DNA of 64,000 bases from NCBI GenBank assembly GCA_050613775.1, contig JBODTK010000104.1, positions 1 through 64,000 on the forward strand, read 5' to 3'. Positions 24,891-37,437 of this stretch are shown here, piece after piece (position 1 is the stretch's first letter; every line of letters starts with the position of its first letter). Both the position numbers and the translations under genes were made by a program. The notes beneath the pieces are model-generated. The model saw only the letters and a program-made list of their open reading frames with translations, made no database searches and was not told the DNA's origin. Origin of the DNA: Neocallimastix sp. 'constans' (lineage: Eukaryota).

Positions 24891-27800
24891 AAGGGAGTAG
24901 AAGCACTCCCATCGTCAAAAAAATTGCTTCAGTCTGCCATCGTCCCAAAACAGTTGACTTAAAAGAAGATGATGATTATGAAGAAATTGCTGATTTCCAA
25001 GAAGGTACTACTACGGATTATTACGAAGATTTTGATGATGAGTCGGATGGTTCCAAAGAATTGGATTACTTAGTAAACGTTATAAAGAGAAAGGCAAATC
25101 CTAAAGATGAAGAGACTAGTGACCAAAGAGGAAAGAGGGTTCACCGTAGTCTAAGAGATGATCCTAAGCCAATAGTTACTCCAGGTTTACGAAAACAAAA
25201 AGAAAATCAATTAAGGGGAACATCGCGACCAGTCAAAAAGCCAACAACTCATTTACATCCTTCGATTATAGCTCAACCCAGAATAGAGAAAGAAAAGAGG
25301 ATTGAGAAAGAGCTAAGAGATAAGGAAAGAGCTAGTACTAGTACTTCTGTGGAAAATAATAAAAATAGTATTGTTAATATTATTAATGAAGAAACTTCTC
25401 AGGAAGGAAATAATTCTAAACAAACTTTAAATAAATTAATTCAAGAAAAATCATCAGAAAAGTCAACTGAAATTATGCCAACTAGAATTCCAAAAAGAAT
25501 ACAAATGCAAACTGATTGTGATAGTCATGACGTGATCAAAGATTTAAACTCCAGTAATTGCAATATTACATTTGGACAATTATTGGACGTTGCTCCAAAG
25601 ATACGGTCTCAAGTATCACAAGGACTTAAATTAGAAAAGAATAATACTAAAATTTCAGGTGCAGTGGATAATATGTGTGCTACTACAATAATAACGAACA
25701 ATATAGATCATACATATAAAAGTAAACATCATGAACCACAAGAAGATGATATTGCTATGGTTGATGTAATAGTAGATGGAGTTCGTGGTAAGGCTTTAAT
25801 AGATTCATGTAGCAACTTAAGTATTATCACAAAGCAATTTTTAGATAAATTACCTTATCAGTATGAACCTATAGGAGTTAGTGCAGGACGAATACGTTTA
25901 GCAACGATGAATGATGATTACTCAGAAGATGTGTTAATCAAAGTTCCCGTAAATATTAATGAACTAGAACTACTTGTTACGTGTAGAATTATAGACAAGG
26001 AGGATCCATTCTATGATATATTAATCAACCTCAAAACTCAAATTGATAACCAGTTATTTATACATCCAATTAGATATAGTCTTTGTCGATTTAATGATCA
26101 AGGTTTAATTGAAGAAATTGCACCTATTAATAATGAATATGATGACGAAGAAAAATTATTATGTGTAATCAAAGCATTGAATCACCAAGAAGCTAAGCAA
26201 CAATTGAAAACGATTGAAGGATTACCACCCATAAAATATATATATGACACAGTTTTTCAAAGTACAATTAATTCAAATTATAGAGAAGCTATTACTAAAT
26301 TACTTGAAGAATATATTGATATAATTGCAACTTCTTCTGAAGAATTAACACCTTCAGATTTATCACCACACAAAATTATTCTTAAGGAAGGAGTTAAACC
26401 TATTAAACAAAAATTTTATCGACTTAGTAAATTAAAAACAGATATCTTAAAAGAAGAATTAACCAAACTCATATATAAACGATTAATTGAACCTTCATGT
26501 TCAGAATGGTCATCACCAGTAGTACTTGTGCCTAAAAAGAACGGTAAATGGCGCCTGTGTATTGACTATAGGAAAGTAAATGAAGCAACTAAGAAGGATT
26601 CTTATTCTTTACCAAATATTGAGGAAATTTTTGATAGCTTAGATGGAGCGAAAATCTTCTCAACATTAGATCTTTATTCCGGTTATCATCAAATATTAAT
26701 GGATGATGATAGTGTTGAAATCACTACCTTTACAACTAAGTTCGGAAACTACCAATTCAAGGTAATGCCCTTCGGTTTAACAGGTGCTCCAGCTACATTC
26801 CAAAGAGAAATGAACCGTATACTATTTCCCTTAATAGGAAAATGCGTCTATAACTTTATCGATGATATTTTAATCTACTCAAGAACTGAAGAAGAACACC
26901 TAGAACATCTTAAACAAGTCTTAGAAATATTCAAGGAACATAAGTTAAAAATCAATATCGAAAAGTGTTCTTTCATGCAAACTGAAGTAGAAGTACTTGG
27001 ACATAAAGTATCCTCAGAAGGTTTAAGTCCATTGGAAAACAAAGTTGAAGCTATTAAAGAATGGAAGGCTCCCTCTAACATTCATGAACTTCGATCATTT
27101 TTAGGAGCCATTGGATATTATAGAAATTTTATTAAGGACTTTGCAAAAGTTACTGCTCCTCTCTGCACTCTATTAAGAAAAGGTATTAAGTTTGAATGGA
27201 AAAAGGAACAAGAAGAAAGCTTTAAAATTCTTAAGGAAAGATTAATCAATGCTCCAATATTAAGATTTCCTAGATTCGATAGAGAATTTATTATAAGAAC
27301 AGATGCTTCCTATGATGGTATAGGCGGTGTGCTTTTACAAAAGGATGATGAAACTGGAAAGGAACATCCGGTTCATTATATTAGTAAAAGTTTATCTAAA
27401 TCGGAAAAGAATTATGGAATTACGGATCTAGAAGGTGCTGCTCTAATTTACTGTATTAATAAATTAAAATCTTATATTATGGGAAATCCTAAGCAAACTA
27501 TAGTATATACAGATCATAGACCATTAATCGGATTACTTAAAAGTAAGGAACCACAAAATTCTCGTCATACTAGATGGTGTTTGACTATCAGTATGTTAGG
27601 AATTGATTTACGATATGAAACTGGAAAGAATAATGTTGTCGCAGATGCTCTATCAAGAATGAAAAATGAAAAAGAAAAAGTTGTCTTAACAACACAAATT
27701 ATCAAGAAACAAGATGAAAACCTGCTTTCAAGAACCATTAAGGAATTTATTGAAGAAAAATTTACGACAATTGATGGTGTGGACTACTTTGTTGATGGCA

Positions 27801-28624
27801 ATAATTATAGAAAATTAGTTACAGATACAAAAGAAAAACTTCAATTAATTTTTCAAGCACACAGTATAGGACACGAAGGCTATTACAAGACATACCAACG
27901 TTTGAAAAAGAGCTACTATTGGAACAATATGGTTAATGACATTAAGCGAATTATAGGTAAATGTGAAAAATGTCAATTAAATAAATCTCAACCATACCCT
28001 GAACCAACGGAAGATAAACCAACTGAAGTGGAAGGACCATTTACACACTTAGGATTGGACATTATAGGACCTCTAAGTAAAACCAGAAATAATAATCAAT
28101 ATATAATCGTTGTGGTTGATTATTTTACTAAATGGGTTGAGGCAGAGCCCACTGAAAATGTTACTTCTCAGGATGTGATAAAATTTTTAATTAATGTATT
28201 TGCTCGACACGGTGTACCTCAAATTATCACTACTGATAATGGAACACAATTTACATCAGATATGACAAAAATCTTCCTTGATTTATATGATGTATATGTT
28301 AAATTTATCACTCCATATCATCCTGAAAGCAATGGTTTAGTTGAGAATCGTAATAAAGAAATTGGAAAATTATTACGATTACTAGGACAACAACACAAAG
28401 AATGGGATGAAATTTTACCATCTGCACTTTGGGCTTTAAGAACTACTAAAAACTCAATCACCAACCATTCAAGTTTTGAATTAGTTTATGGAAGGGAGGA
28501 CCAACAACCTTTTGACATTGCTGCCAGACCAACTAAGGGTATAAATAAGTCTTCTGACGAAATTCTACTGGAAAAATTTGTATCACACTACCAATGGGTA
28601 ATATTTATATATAAATCTATATAA
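24878..28624 (+). pseudogene. pol: Pol of element C, integrase C-terminus lost
   Basis: PR IDSCS, RT FIDD, RH and IN core are present. The frame runs into unrelated AT-rich sequence after about 28598. Confidence 0.88.
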
Positions 28625-28721
28625 TATAATAAAAAAAATTATATATATATATATATAAATCTATATAAAATAATAAAAAAAAAAAAAAAATTTTTTATTT
28701 ATCTATAAAAAAACTACCGAA

Positions 28722-28794
28722 TACCCAAACCCGGGTTCGAACCGGAGACCTTTTGCGTGTAAAGCAAACGTGATAACCACTACACTATTTGGAT
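28722..28794 (-). tRNA. tRNA-Val (anticodon UAC)
   Basis: ATCCAAA-TAGTGTAGTGGTTATCAC-G-TTTGC-TTTACAC-GCAAA-AGGTC-TCCGG-TTCGAAC-CCGGG-TTTGGGT-A: a full 73-nt cloverleaf followed by a T-run terminator. Confidence 0.95.
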
Positions 28795-29297
28795 ATTTCT
28801 TGCCATGAATTGATAAGAATGTACTAAATAATGCATTCTTAATTAAATCTACGATTTATTTCTAATACATTATGTGTACATTATTATTTTTGTACTTTAA
28901 TAAATTTTTAAATTCAAAGATTAAAAATTAGATCAAAAATTATATTAAACTTTATAATTTTTATATTAAATCTTATATTAATAGTAATATTTTTATATAT
29001 TTAAAACTTATATTAACAATATTAATAATAAATCTTATTTTTTTATTTTTATATTAATAATGAAAATTTGTATTAATAATATTTTTATATATTGATAATT
29101 AAAAATTTATATATTATATTTTAACTTTTATTATAAAATTTTATATCGAAATGTTTTATTTTATATTGAAAAATATTTTATTTTATTAAAAACCTTTATA
29201 TTAGAATAGTATTTTTATTTTTATTTGAATATTTTAACAGATTGTAATAAAAATTTTAGCCAATTAAATAAATTCTTATTAGTAATATTTTAGATAG

Positions 29298-29338
<41 letters not shown>

Positions 29339-31052
29339 TATTAATATTATAAATGTATTTTATTTATATTGTTATAATTAAATTTTATATAATTGATTAT
29401 AAAAATCAATTTAAATTTAATAGTTTTTATATATAAAAAGAAAAATAATAATAAAATGTAATTTAGTGGCAAGAACAACTTTTATGCCTTGAAAAAAAAA
29501 GTATAAATAGTTGTAAATTTTGCTACTAATTTTTAAATATCATCAAATAAAATAAAATAAAATAAAATAAAATAAAATAAATTTATAAATAAAAATAATA
29601 AATAAAAAAAATAAAATTTGTGTTTCTTACTTTATTTTTATTTAATTCTCTAAAACCTTAACATTTATATGGTGGAGATATCGGGGAATTAAATAGAAAT
29701 AATAGTAAATAACATAGATTTTTTTTAATTTTTTTTTATTTTATATTGATAAACAAGTAAGTCGTTAATCCTTTGATTAACCTATGGCGCTTGTTTGATA
29801 TATATATAAAAAAATTTTTTTTAAATAAGTAAAATTAAGATTCAAAAAAAAAAAAAAAAATTTTGTAAAATTATAACAAGGAGCGGATAGAGCTCATACA
29901 CAGTGTATTCTCAGATAGCAACAAATTAACTCTATTCATAGTAGGTTATTGAATAGTAGTTAATTTGGAGATTAATTGGAAAGTAGACGAAGGTATTTGG
30001 TTACCGACCCGGTAATAATAGTTCAGCCTTCAACGTTTCAACACACGAAGGTGCGGGTACTTTCCAAGCACTGGCGAATAAGGAGCTTACGTCACCGAAG
30101 GCGTAAGATTGTTTTTTTTATATATATTTTTTTTTTACTTTTCTTTGTGCTAGTTATAAGGCACTTTATTATATAAAGTATCAGACTTTGGCTAACTTCG
30201 CCATTTAAATTTTTTTTATTTTTTTTTATTACTGATACTTTATTTGTTTAATAATTCCTGTAAAAGAATCTTAATTTACTTGAAAATATTGTGTTTTTAG
30301 TTAATTTTTATTAGTTAATAAAAATATTATTGAATACTTTTAAAATTTTTTTTTATTCCGTACATAGATTATCGGATTAAGTTTATCCTACATAGTAATT
30401 GGGCTAGTAGGCTCTGAACTGCTATATTTTATATTGAATATAGTAATCGTGGCACACGCGTGGCATGACACCATTAGGTAAGCTGCACGTCAGACAGTGT
30501 GTACTATCAGATTGTACGACAATAAAGATTATTTTTTTGTATTTAATAATTATAATTAATTAATAATTTTATTAGCTATAACAATACAATATTTATCGTT
30601 TAAAAAGAAAAATTTTTGAAAGGTGAAAATAATAAATAAAACTTTGCTTCTAAATTTATTACTACAAATATACTAAATTACAAAATTCAAGTGGTCGATA
30701 AAGGTTTCGAGCTTGAAAAATATTCTATTGAGTTGTCGATAAAGATTTCGAACTTAAAATTATTCTATTGAGTTGTCGATAAAGATTTCGAACTTAAAAA
30801 TTATTCTTAATAAAGTAGTCGAAAAGAACCTCGTGCTTTATAATTTCTACTAAGTTGTCGATAAGGATTTCGAGCTTATATCTACTAAAGAAAGCAAATA
30901 AAATTATTATTTTCAAAAGTTACTAAAATATATTGTTTTAAAAATTGATTCGATATTAAATTACCTATTAAATTATATTTTTAAAGTTGTATTTCCAAAT
31001 TTATTCTTATTTAATCACCTCATTAATATACAACAAGAAATATTTAAACAAA

Positions 31053-31964
31053 ATGTCCAAGGAAACAACTTTGAGCTTTAAAGAATTGAAAAAAGAATTA
31101 AGAGATATTGTGAAACTTAGCAAGGACAATTTAGATATTAAGTCCTGGGCTACTGAATTAAAACTTTGGATCAAGATACAAGGTATTACAGATCCAGAAA
31201 CAATATTTAATGCTTGTTTACTTACCAGCTCTGGTGAAGTACAACGCGTTATTGAAGATTTGGGAGAAGATAGTGATGATGAAAGTGATGATTCATCAGA
31301 TGAAGAAGAAGATGATGATGAAGAAGAAAATGTTGATGATGATATTAAATTTCCTTCCCTTGAAAAAATTATTTCAAGTCTTGAAAATTTTTACGGTATT
31401 AAAGAAGACCAAAATTTACTTCTTAAAGAACTTCGTGCAATGCGAATTAAAAGAAACGAAAAGATTAAAGACTTTAATGTAAGATATAGAACTTTGTACA
31501 CTAAACTTGATAAAAAGAGAAGAAAGCGCATTGGTGTACTAGATTATATTGATTCTATTCAAAATAATTATGAAGCCTGGAAGAAATTATCCCTTAAAGA
31601 TGATATAAGTATGGATAAAGCTTTCAAAATTGCCGAGAAAGTAGATAGACTTTCTGTAAGGAACAATAATATTAATACCTATAATGTTAATAATTCCCAA
31701 CATAATCAAAATAATCAAAACAGTACTACTTCAAGACTTTATCCTAAAAGAAGAAACGAAACTTTCCAAACAAATCAAACAAATAATAAACCGAAACCTC
31801 AAGATATTATAGAAGAATCAACCCAGAAAATGAGAAATTTATCCGTTAAAACTTGCTTCTTCTGTAAGGAAGAAGGTCATTACTCATACTATTGCCCTCA
31901 ATTAAATAAGATTATGGAAAAAAATAAAAAAGAAATATATTCCAAAAAGTCTTTAAACTTCTAA
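31053..31964 (+). CDS. gag: Gag, family A copy 3
   Basis: ATG at 31053 (MSKETTLSFKEL) chosen by alignment with A1/A2; CCHC knuckle. Confidence 0.92.
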   Translation: MSKETTLSFKELKKELRDIVKLSKDNLDIKSWATELKLWIKIQGITDPETIFNACLLTSSGEVQRVIEDLGEDSDDESDDSSDEEEDDDEEENVDDDIKFPSLEKIISSLENFYGIKEDQNLLLKELRAMRIKRNEKIKDFNVRYRTLYTKLDKKRRKRIGVLDYIDSIQNNYEAWKKLSLKDDISMDKAFKIAEKVDRLSVRNNNINTYNVNNSQHNQNNQNSTTSRLYPKRRNETFQTNQTNNKPKPQDIIEESTQKMRNLSVKTCFFCKEEGHYSYYCPQLNKIMEKNKKEIYSKKSLNF

Positions 31965-34900
31965 ATGGGAGCAGAAGCACTCCCAATGACAAAACAATAG
32001 CTTCATTAAATAATTTACAAAATAATACTTTTACTAAGAATACTCCAATTGATAATAATTCCTTTAACGAAGAATCTGAAGAATCTGATTTTAGTGACAC
32101 AACTGAAAGTGAGGATGATATCATTATAAATGCTGTAAAAAGAAAAATGAATGATAATAACAGCGAAAAAGAAGAAAATAATTCCAAGAAAGTACATAAA
32201 AGTTTAAAAGATAATCCACGTCCTTTTGCAACTCCTGCTTTAAGAAAGAAGAAAGAAAATGAGCTGCATAATAAACCAAATAAAGTTTATAAAAATCAAA
32301 TACTTCCTTCAATTTTAACTCAACCAAATATTAACAAAGAAAAACAAAAAGAAAAGGAATTAAGAAATATGACAAGAGTAAGAGAAAGTAAAGAAGAAAA
32401 CAACAATTATTCATCAAAAGGAAAGGAAAAAGTTGAATCTGAAGATATACTTGTAATCGATAATGAAATAGAAGATCTAGAAATGAATAAAGATAATCAA
32501 CAAAATAAAACTAATACTTTGGAAAAATTAATTTCAACAAAAACTAAGGAAACTAATAATGGAAATACTCAATTAGTAAAAAGGAATATCAAAATGATGA
32601 ATAATAAAGAACCTTACAATATTATGGATGATTTAAATAATCTTAAATCCAGTATTACGATAGGTCAACTCTTGAATGCATGTCCTAAAATTCGTTCACA
32701 ATTAACTCAAGGTTTAAAGTTAGAAAAGTCTAAAATAATTGGAACTGTAGACAATGTAATAGCACGAACTTTATTAGTAAATAACTATGACCATAGCTAC
32801 ATAAGTAAAAGTAATGAAGTAGCCGAAGAAGACTTAGCAATGGTTGATGCAAGTGTTGACGGAGTACTAGGAAAACTTTTAATTGATTCTTGTAGTAACC
32901 TAAGCATCGTTACTAAGCAGTATTTTGATAAATTACCTGGTGAATATGAAACAGTTGGAAAAAGTCGTGGAAGAATCCAACTAGCAACACAAGATGAAGA
33001 ATACTCGGAAGGAATTATTGTTCGATTACCAGTAAAAATTAATAATTATGAATTTAATGCGGACTTTAGAATTATTGAGAAAGAAGACTCATTTTATGAT
33101 ATGTTAATAAACTTTAAAACTCAAATCGATCATTGTTTATTTATTCATCCAACCTTAAACAGTCTATGTAAACTTTTGTCAGAAAGTGAATACGAAGAAA
33201 TAGCTAAAATAAATAATCAATATTATGATGAAGAAAGTATAATCTGCACTATTAGAAAAGTTGAAGAAACGAATAATGAAAAGGAAATTATAAAGGAATT
33301 AACTCCAATGGAATTTATTGAGAGTGATGAATTTTTAAGTACCTTAAATAAAGATTATAAAGAACAAATTATTAAAATTCTCAAAGAAATGATTGACATA
33401 GTTGCCACTTCAACAGAAGAACTAACTCCTTCTAAACTTTCACCACATAAGATCCGTTTGAAAGCAAATGCAAAGCCAGTAAAATTAAGAAGTTATAGGT
33501 TAACTAAATTAAAATCAGATATCTTAAAAGAAGAACTTACAAAGCTTATTAAGAAAGGATTGATAGAACCATCCTGTTCAGAATGGTCATCTCCAGTAGT
33601 ACTCATTCTAAAACACAATGGAAAGTGGCGCTTGTGCATTGACTACCGAAAAGTCAATGATATGACAGAAAAAGATTCTTATTCAGTTCCATATATAGAT
33701 GAAATTTTTGATAGTCTCGGAGGAGCTAAAATATTTACAACTCTTGATTTATTTTCTGGTTTTCACCAAATCTTAATGGATGAAGAAAGCGTTGAAGTAA
33801 CCACTTTCACTACTAAGTTTGGAAATTATCAATTTAAGGTTATGCCTTTTGGACTTACTGGAGCTCCCTCAACCTTCCAAAGAGAAATGAATAAAATTTT
33901 ATTCCCTTTTATTGGTGAATTTGTTTATGTATTTATTGATGATGTTTTGATCTATTCAAAAAGTATCGAAGAACATTTAATTCATATTAAACAAGTATTA
34001 GAAGTATTTAAAGAAAACAAGTTAAAAATTAATATTGAAAAGTGCCATTTTCTTCAAACTGAAGTTGATGTATTAGGTCACAAACTTACTACTAAAGGAT
34101 TAAGTCCCATGGAAAGTAAGATAACAGCTATTAAGAAGTGGGAAGCCCCTTCATCACTTCATGAATTAAGATCATTTTTAGGAGCAGTGGGATATTATCG
34201 TGATTTTATTCCTAAATATGCTCAAATTACCTCACCTTTATGTAAATTATTGAAAAAGAATACCAAATATGAATGGAATAAAGAACAACAAGAAAGCTTT
34301 GAACTCCTAAAAGAAAAATTAATCAATGCACCTATTCTAAAATTTCCGTCATTTGACAAACCTTTTATCATTAGAACTGATGCTTCGTATAATGGAATTG
34401 GTGGAGTTCTTTTACAAAAAGAAGAAGAAACCGGTAAGGAGCATCCAATACACTTTATAAGTAGAAGTTTAAAGAAAGCTGAAAAGAATTATGGTATTAC
34501 CGATTTAGAAGGAACCGCTTTGTTTTACTGTATGACTAAATTTAAATCTTATATTGAAGGAAATCCATTACCTACAACTATTTACACAGATCATAAACCA
34601 TTAGTTGGTTTATTTAAGAATAAAGAACCTTTGAATGCAAGGCAAACAAGATGGTGTCTAACCGCTAGTATGCTCGGAATTAATATAAAATATGAATCAG
34701 GCAAAAAGAATGTGTTAGCTGATGCTCTTTCAAGAATGAAAAGTAAGGAAGAGAGAAAGATATTATTAACAAAAATTACTAATGGAAATAATGAAGAATT
34801 ATTATCTAAAGTTATAAAGGAATTTATTAATGAAAAGTTTACTGTTATTGATGGTGAAGATTATTTTATCGACAATGGAAATTATAGAAAATTAATAACG

Positions 34901-35962
34901 GACGAAAATGAAAGGTTTAAATTAATTTTAGAAGCTCATAATATTGGCCACGAAGGATATTACAAAACATATCAAAGACTTAAGAAAAACTTTTATTGGA
35001 ATCATATGATTAAAGATATCAAAAGAATTGTTAGTAATTGTGAAAAATGCCAGTTAAATCGTCCTCAACCATATCCAGAACCAACCGAAAACCATCCAAC
35101 TAAAGTGGAGGGTCCCTTTGTGCATTTAGGATTAGATATTATAGGACCGTTACCAAAAACAAGAAATAATAATCAATATATTATAGTAACTGTTGATTAC
35201 TTTACCAAATGGGTTGAAGCCGAACCCACTGAAAACATAACTTCCTCTGATATAATTAAATTTTTAATAAACGTTTTTGCAAGACATGGTGTGCCTCAAG
35301 TTATTACTACAGATAATGGAGTCCAATTCACTTCTGATATGACTAAAATCTTTCTTGATCTTTATGATGTTTATGTAAAATTCATAGCTACCTATCACCC
35401 TGAATCCAATGGTCTCACTGAAAACCGAAATAAAGAAATTGGAAAATTACTTCGTTTATTAGGAAGGAAAAATCAAGATTGGGATGAAGTTTTACCTTCT
35501 GCTTTATGGGCACTTCGAACTACTAAAAACACAGCTACCGGACATTCTAGTTTTGAATTAGTATATGGAAGAGAAGACCAACAGCCTTATGATATAGCCA
35601 TAAGAACAATTGAAAATGCAGGTAAATCGTATGATGAAATTTTAATGGAAAAATTTGTTCGTCATTATCAATGGACTAGAGAAGCATGCGAAAATGTGAA
35701 GAATGCTAACAAGTATTGGGCAACAAGACGAGAAGAACAAATAAGTATGAAAAAAGGAAAAGAATTAAAGGCTGGTGATCTTGTTCTTGTTAGAAACTTT
35801 AGCCGCACTAAGCTAGAACCATATTACAATGGACCATTTAAAATTTTAAAAATTCAATTCAACACGGCAACCTTAATCGATCAGAAAACTGGGAAACAAC
35901 TCGATAGGAATGTTCATTTTAAAAATTTAGTAAAGTTTAACTCCGCTTACAGAGAAGCTTGA
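31952..35962 (+). CDS. pol: Pol, family A copy 3 (via -1 frameshift; first ATG 32147)
   Basis: Uninterrupted PR-RT-RH-IN. Confidence 0.95.
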   Translation, partial: FKLLNGSRSTPNDKTIASLNNLQNNTFTKNTPIDNNSFNEESEESDFSDTTESEDDIIINAVKRKMNDNNSEKEENNSKKVHKSLKDNPRPFATPALRKKKENELHNKPNKVYKNQILPSILTQPNINKEKQKEKELRNMTRVRESKEENNNYSSKGKEKVESEDILVIDNEIEDLEMNKDNQQNKTNTLEKLISTKTKETNNGNTQLVKRNIKMMNNKEPYNIMDDLNNLKSSITIGQLLNACPKIRSQLTQGLKLEKSKIIGTVDNVIARTLLVNNYDHSYISKSNEVAEEDLAMVDASVDGVLGKLLIDSCSNLSIVTKQYFDKLPGEYETVGKSRGRIQLATQDEEYSEGIIVRLPVKINNYEFNADFRIIEKEDSFYDMLINFKTQIDHCLFIHPTLNSLCKLLSESEYEEIAKINNQYYDEESIICTIRKVEETNNEKEIIKELTPMEFIESDEFLSTLNKDYKEQIIKILKEMIDIVATSTEELTPSKLSPHKIRLKANAKPVKLRSYRLTKLKSDILKEELTKLIKKGLIEPSCSEWSSPVVLILKHNGKWRLCIDYRKVNDMTEKDSYSVPYIDEIFDSLGGAKIFTTLDLFSGFHQILMDEESVEVTTFTTKFGNYQFKVMPFGLTGAPSTFQREMNKILFPFIGEFVYVFIDDVLIYSKSIEEHLIHIKQVLEVFKENKLKINIEKCHFLQTEVDVLGHKLTTKGLSPMESKITAIKKWEAPSSLHELRSFLGAVGYYRDFIPKYAQITSPLCKLLKKNTKYEWNKEQQESFELLKEKLINAPILKFPSFDKPFIIRTDASYNGIGGVLLQKEEETGKEHPIHFISRSLKKAEKNYGITDLEGTALFYCMTKFKSYIEGNPLPTTIYTDHKPLVGLFKNKEPLNARQTRWCLTASMLGINIKYESGKKNVLADALSRMKSKEERKILLTKITNGNNEELLSKVIKEFINEKFTVIDGEDYFIDNGNYRKLITDENERFKLILEAHNIGHEGYYKTYQRLKKNFYWNHMIKDIKRIVSNCEKCQLNRPQPYPEPTENHPTKVEGPFVHLGLDIIGPLPKTRNNNQYIIVTVDYFTKWVEAEPTENITSSDIIKFLINVFARHGVPQVITTDNGVQFTSDMTKIFLDLYDVYVKFIATYHPESNGLTENRNKEIGKLLRLLGRKNQDWDEVLPSALWALRTTKNTATGHSSFELVYGREDQQPYDIAIRTIENAGKSYDEILMEKFVRHYQWTREACENVKNANKYWATRREEQISMKKGKELKAGDLVLVRNFSRTKLEPYYNGPFKILKIQFNTATLIDQKTGKQLDRNVHFKNLVKFNSAYREA

Positions 35963-36467
35963 GTCTTCGTCGGGGCATCTTGATAAGAATGTACTAAATA
36001 ATGCATTCTTAATTAAATCTACGATTTATTTCTAATACATTATGTGTACATTATTATTTTTGTACTTTAATAAATTTTTAAATTCAAAGATTAAAAATTA
36101 GATCAAAAATTATATTAAACTTTATAATTTTTATATTAAATCTTATATTAATAGTAATATTTTTATATATTTAAAACTTATATTAACAATATTAATAATA
36201 AATCTTATTTTTTTATTTTTATATTAATAATGAAAATTTGTATTAATAATATTTTTATATATTGATAATTAAAAATTTATATATTATATTTTAACTTTTA
36301 TTATAAAATTTTATATCGAAATGTTTTATTTTATATTGAAAAATATTTTATTTTATTAAAAACCTTTATATTAGAATAGTATTTTTATTTTTATTTGAAT
36401 ATTTTAACAGATTGTAATAAAAATTTTAGCCAATTAAATAAATTCTTATTAGTAATATTTTAGATAG

Positions 36468-36506
<39 letters not shown>

Positions 36507-36835
36507 TATTAATATTATAAATGTATTTTATTTATATTGTTATAATTAAATTTTATATAATTGATTATAAAAATCAATTTAAATTTAATAGTTTTTATAT
36601 ATAAAAAGAAAAATAATAATAAAATGTAATTTAGTGGCAAGAACAACTTTTATGCCTTGAAAAAAAAAGTATAAATAGTTGTAAATTTTGCTACTAATTT
36701 TTAAATATCATCAAATAAAATAAAATAAAATAAAATAAAATAAAATAAATTTATAAATAAAAATAATAAATAAAAAAAATAAAATTTGTGTTTCTTACTT
36801 TATTTTTATTTAATTCTCTAAAACCTTAACAGAAT

Positions 36836-37437
36836 TGATACGGTATTTACCCAAATACCTTAAATTATAATAATTTTAATATTTCTCCATATAAATATGT
36901 TTTAAATCTATTTTATTAATTAATTATTATCTTTATTAACTTTATCAATATTTCCTTTATTATTATATAAATATATATATTATTAATTATTAATATTTTG
37001 CTATAAAATAAATATTTTATTATATTCTTATTATATTTTTATTATACATTTGATAAATTTTATTTTATATTATAAATTTTTTTATTATTTTTATTATTAA
37101 TATTCATATCTAAAATTTTATTATTATTTTATTGTTACACAAAATTATTTTTAACTAATCAATGTATTACCAAAATTTATAAAATATTTTGTAATAATAT
37201 TATTTTAAATCTCTCTCTTTTCTTTTTTTTATGTAATGGAGGAATAAATAAATAAATGAACAAATAAATAAATGGATGAATAATATATAGTTAAATAAAT
37301 TTTTAAATAAATAAATTAATAAATAATCAATAAATAAATAAATAAATATTGTATAAGTTTTTCGTAATTTTTATACGTCCACTATCTATTTACCAATATA
37401 TTATTATACATCCATCAATTTCAAAAGTCCTGTACCA
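36836..37437. mobile_element. Solo LTR at the same target site as A3
   Basis: Ends TGATAC...GTACCA, flanked by GAAT on both sides (36832-36835, 37438-37441). Confidence 0.75.

Larger units (their letters stand above)
28811..36831 (+). mobile_element. Ty3/gypsy family A copy 3, intact
   Basis: LTRs 28811-29663 and 35981-36831 (apparently differing only in A-run length), 4-bp TSD GAAT, PBS 29670, intact ORFs. Confidence 0.97.

Noticed and set aside
28598..28610. GTAATA as a splice donor continuing C pol
   Set aside because: No downstream exon with the missing integrase tail was found; a deletion is simpler.
29976..30176. 66-aa leader ORF in A3
   Set aside because: It starts at TTG, an indel alters its end in A1/A2, and the region is better explained as structured RNA.
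30987..31052. N-terminal extension of A3 gag
   Set aside because: It starts at TTG; the ATG at 31053 aligns with the A1/A2 start.
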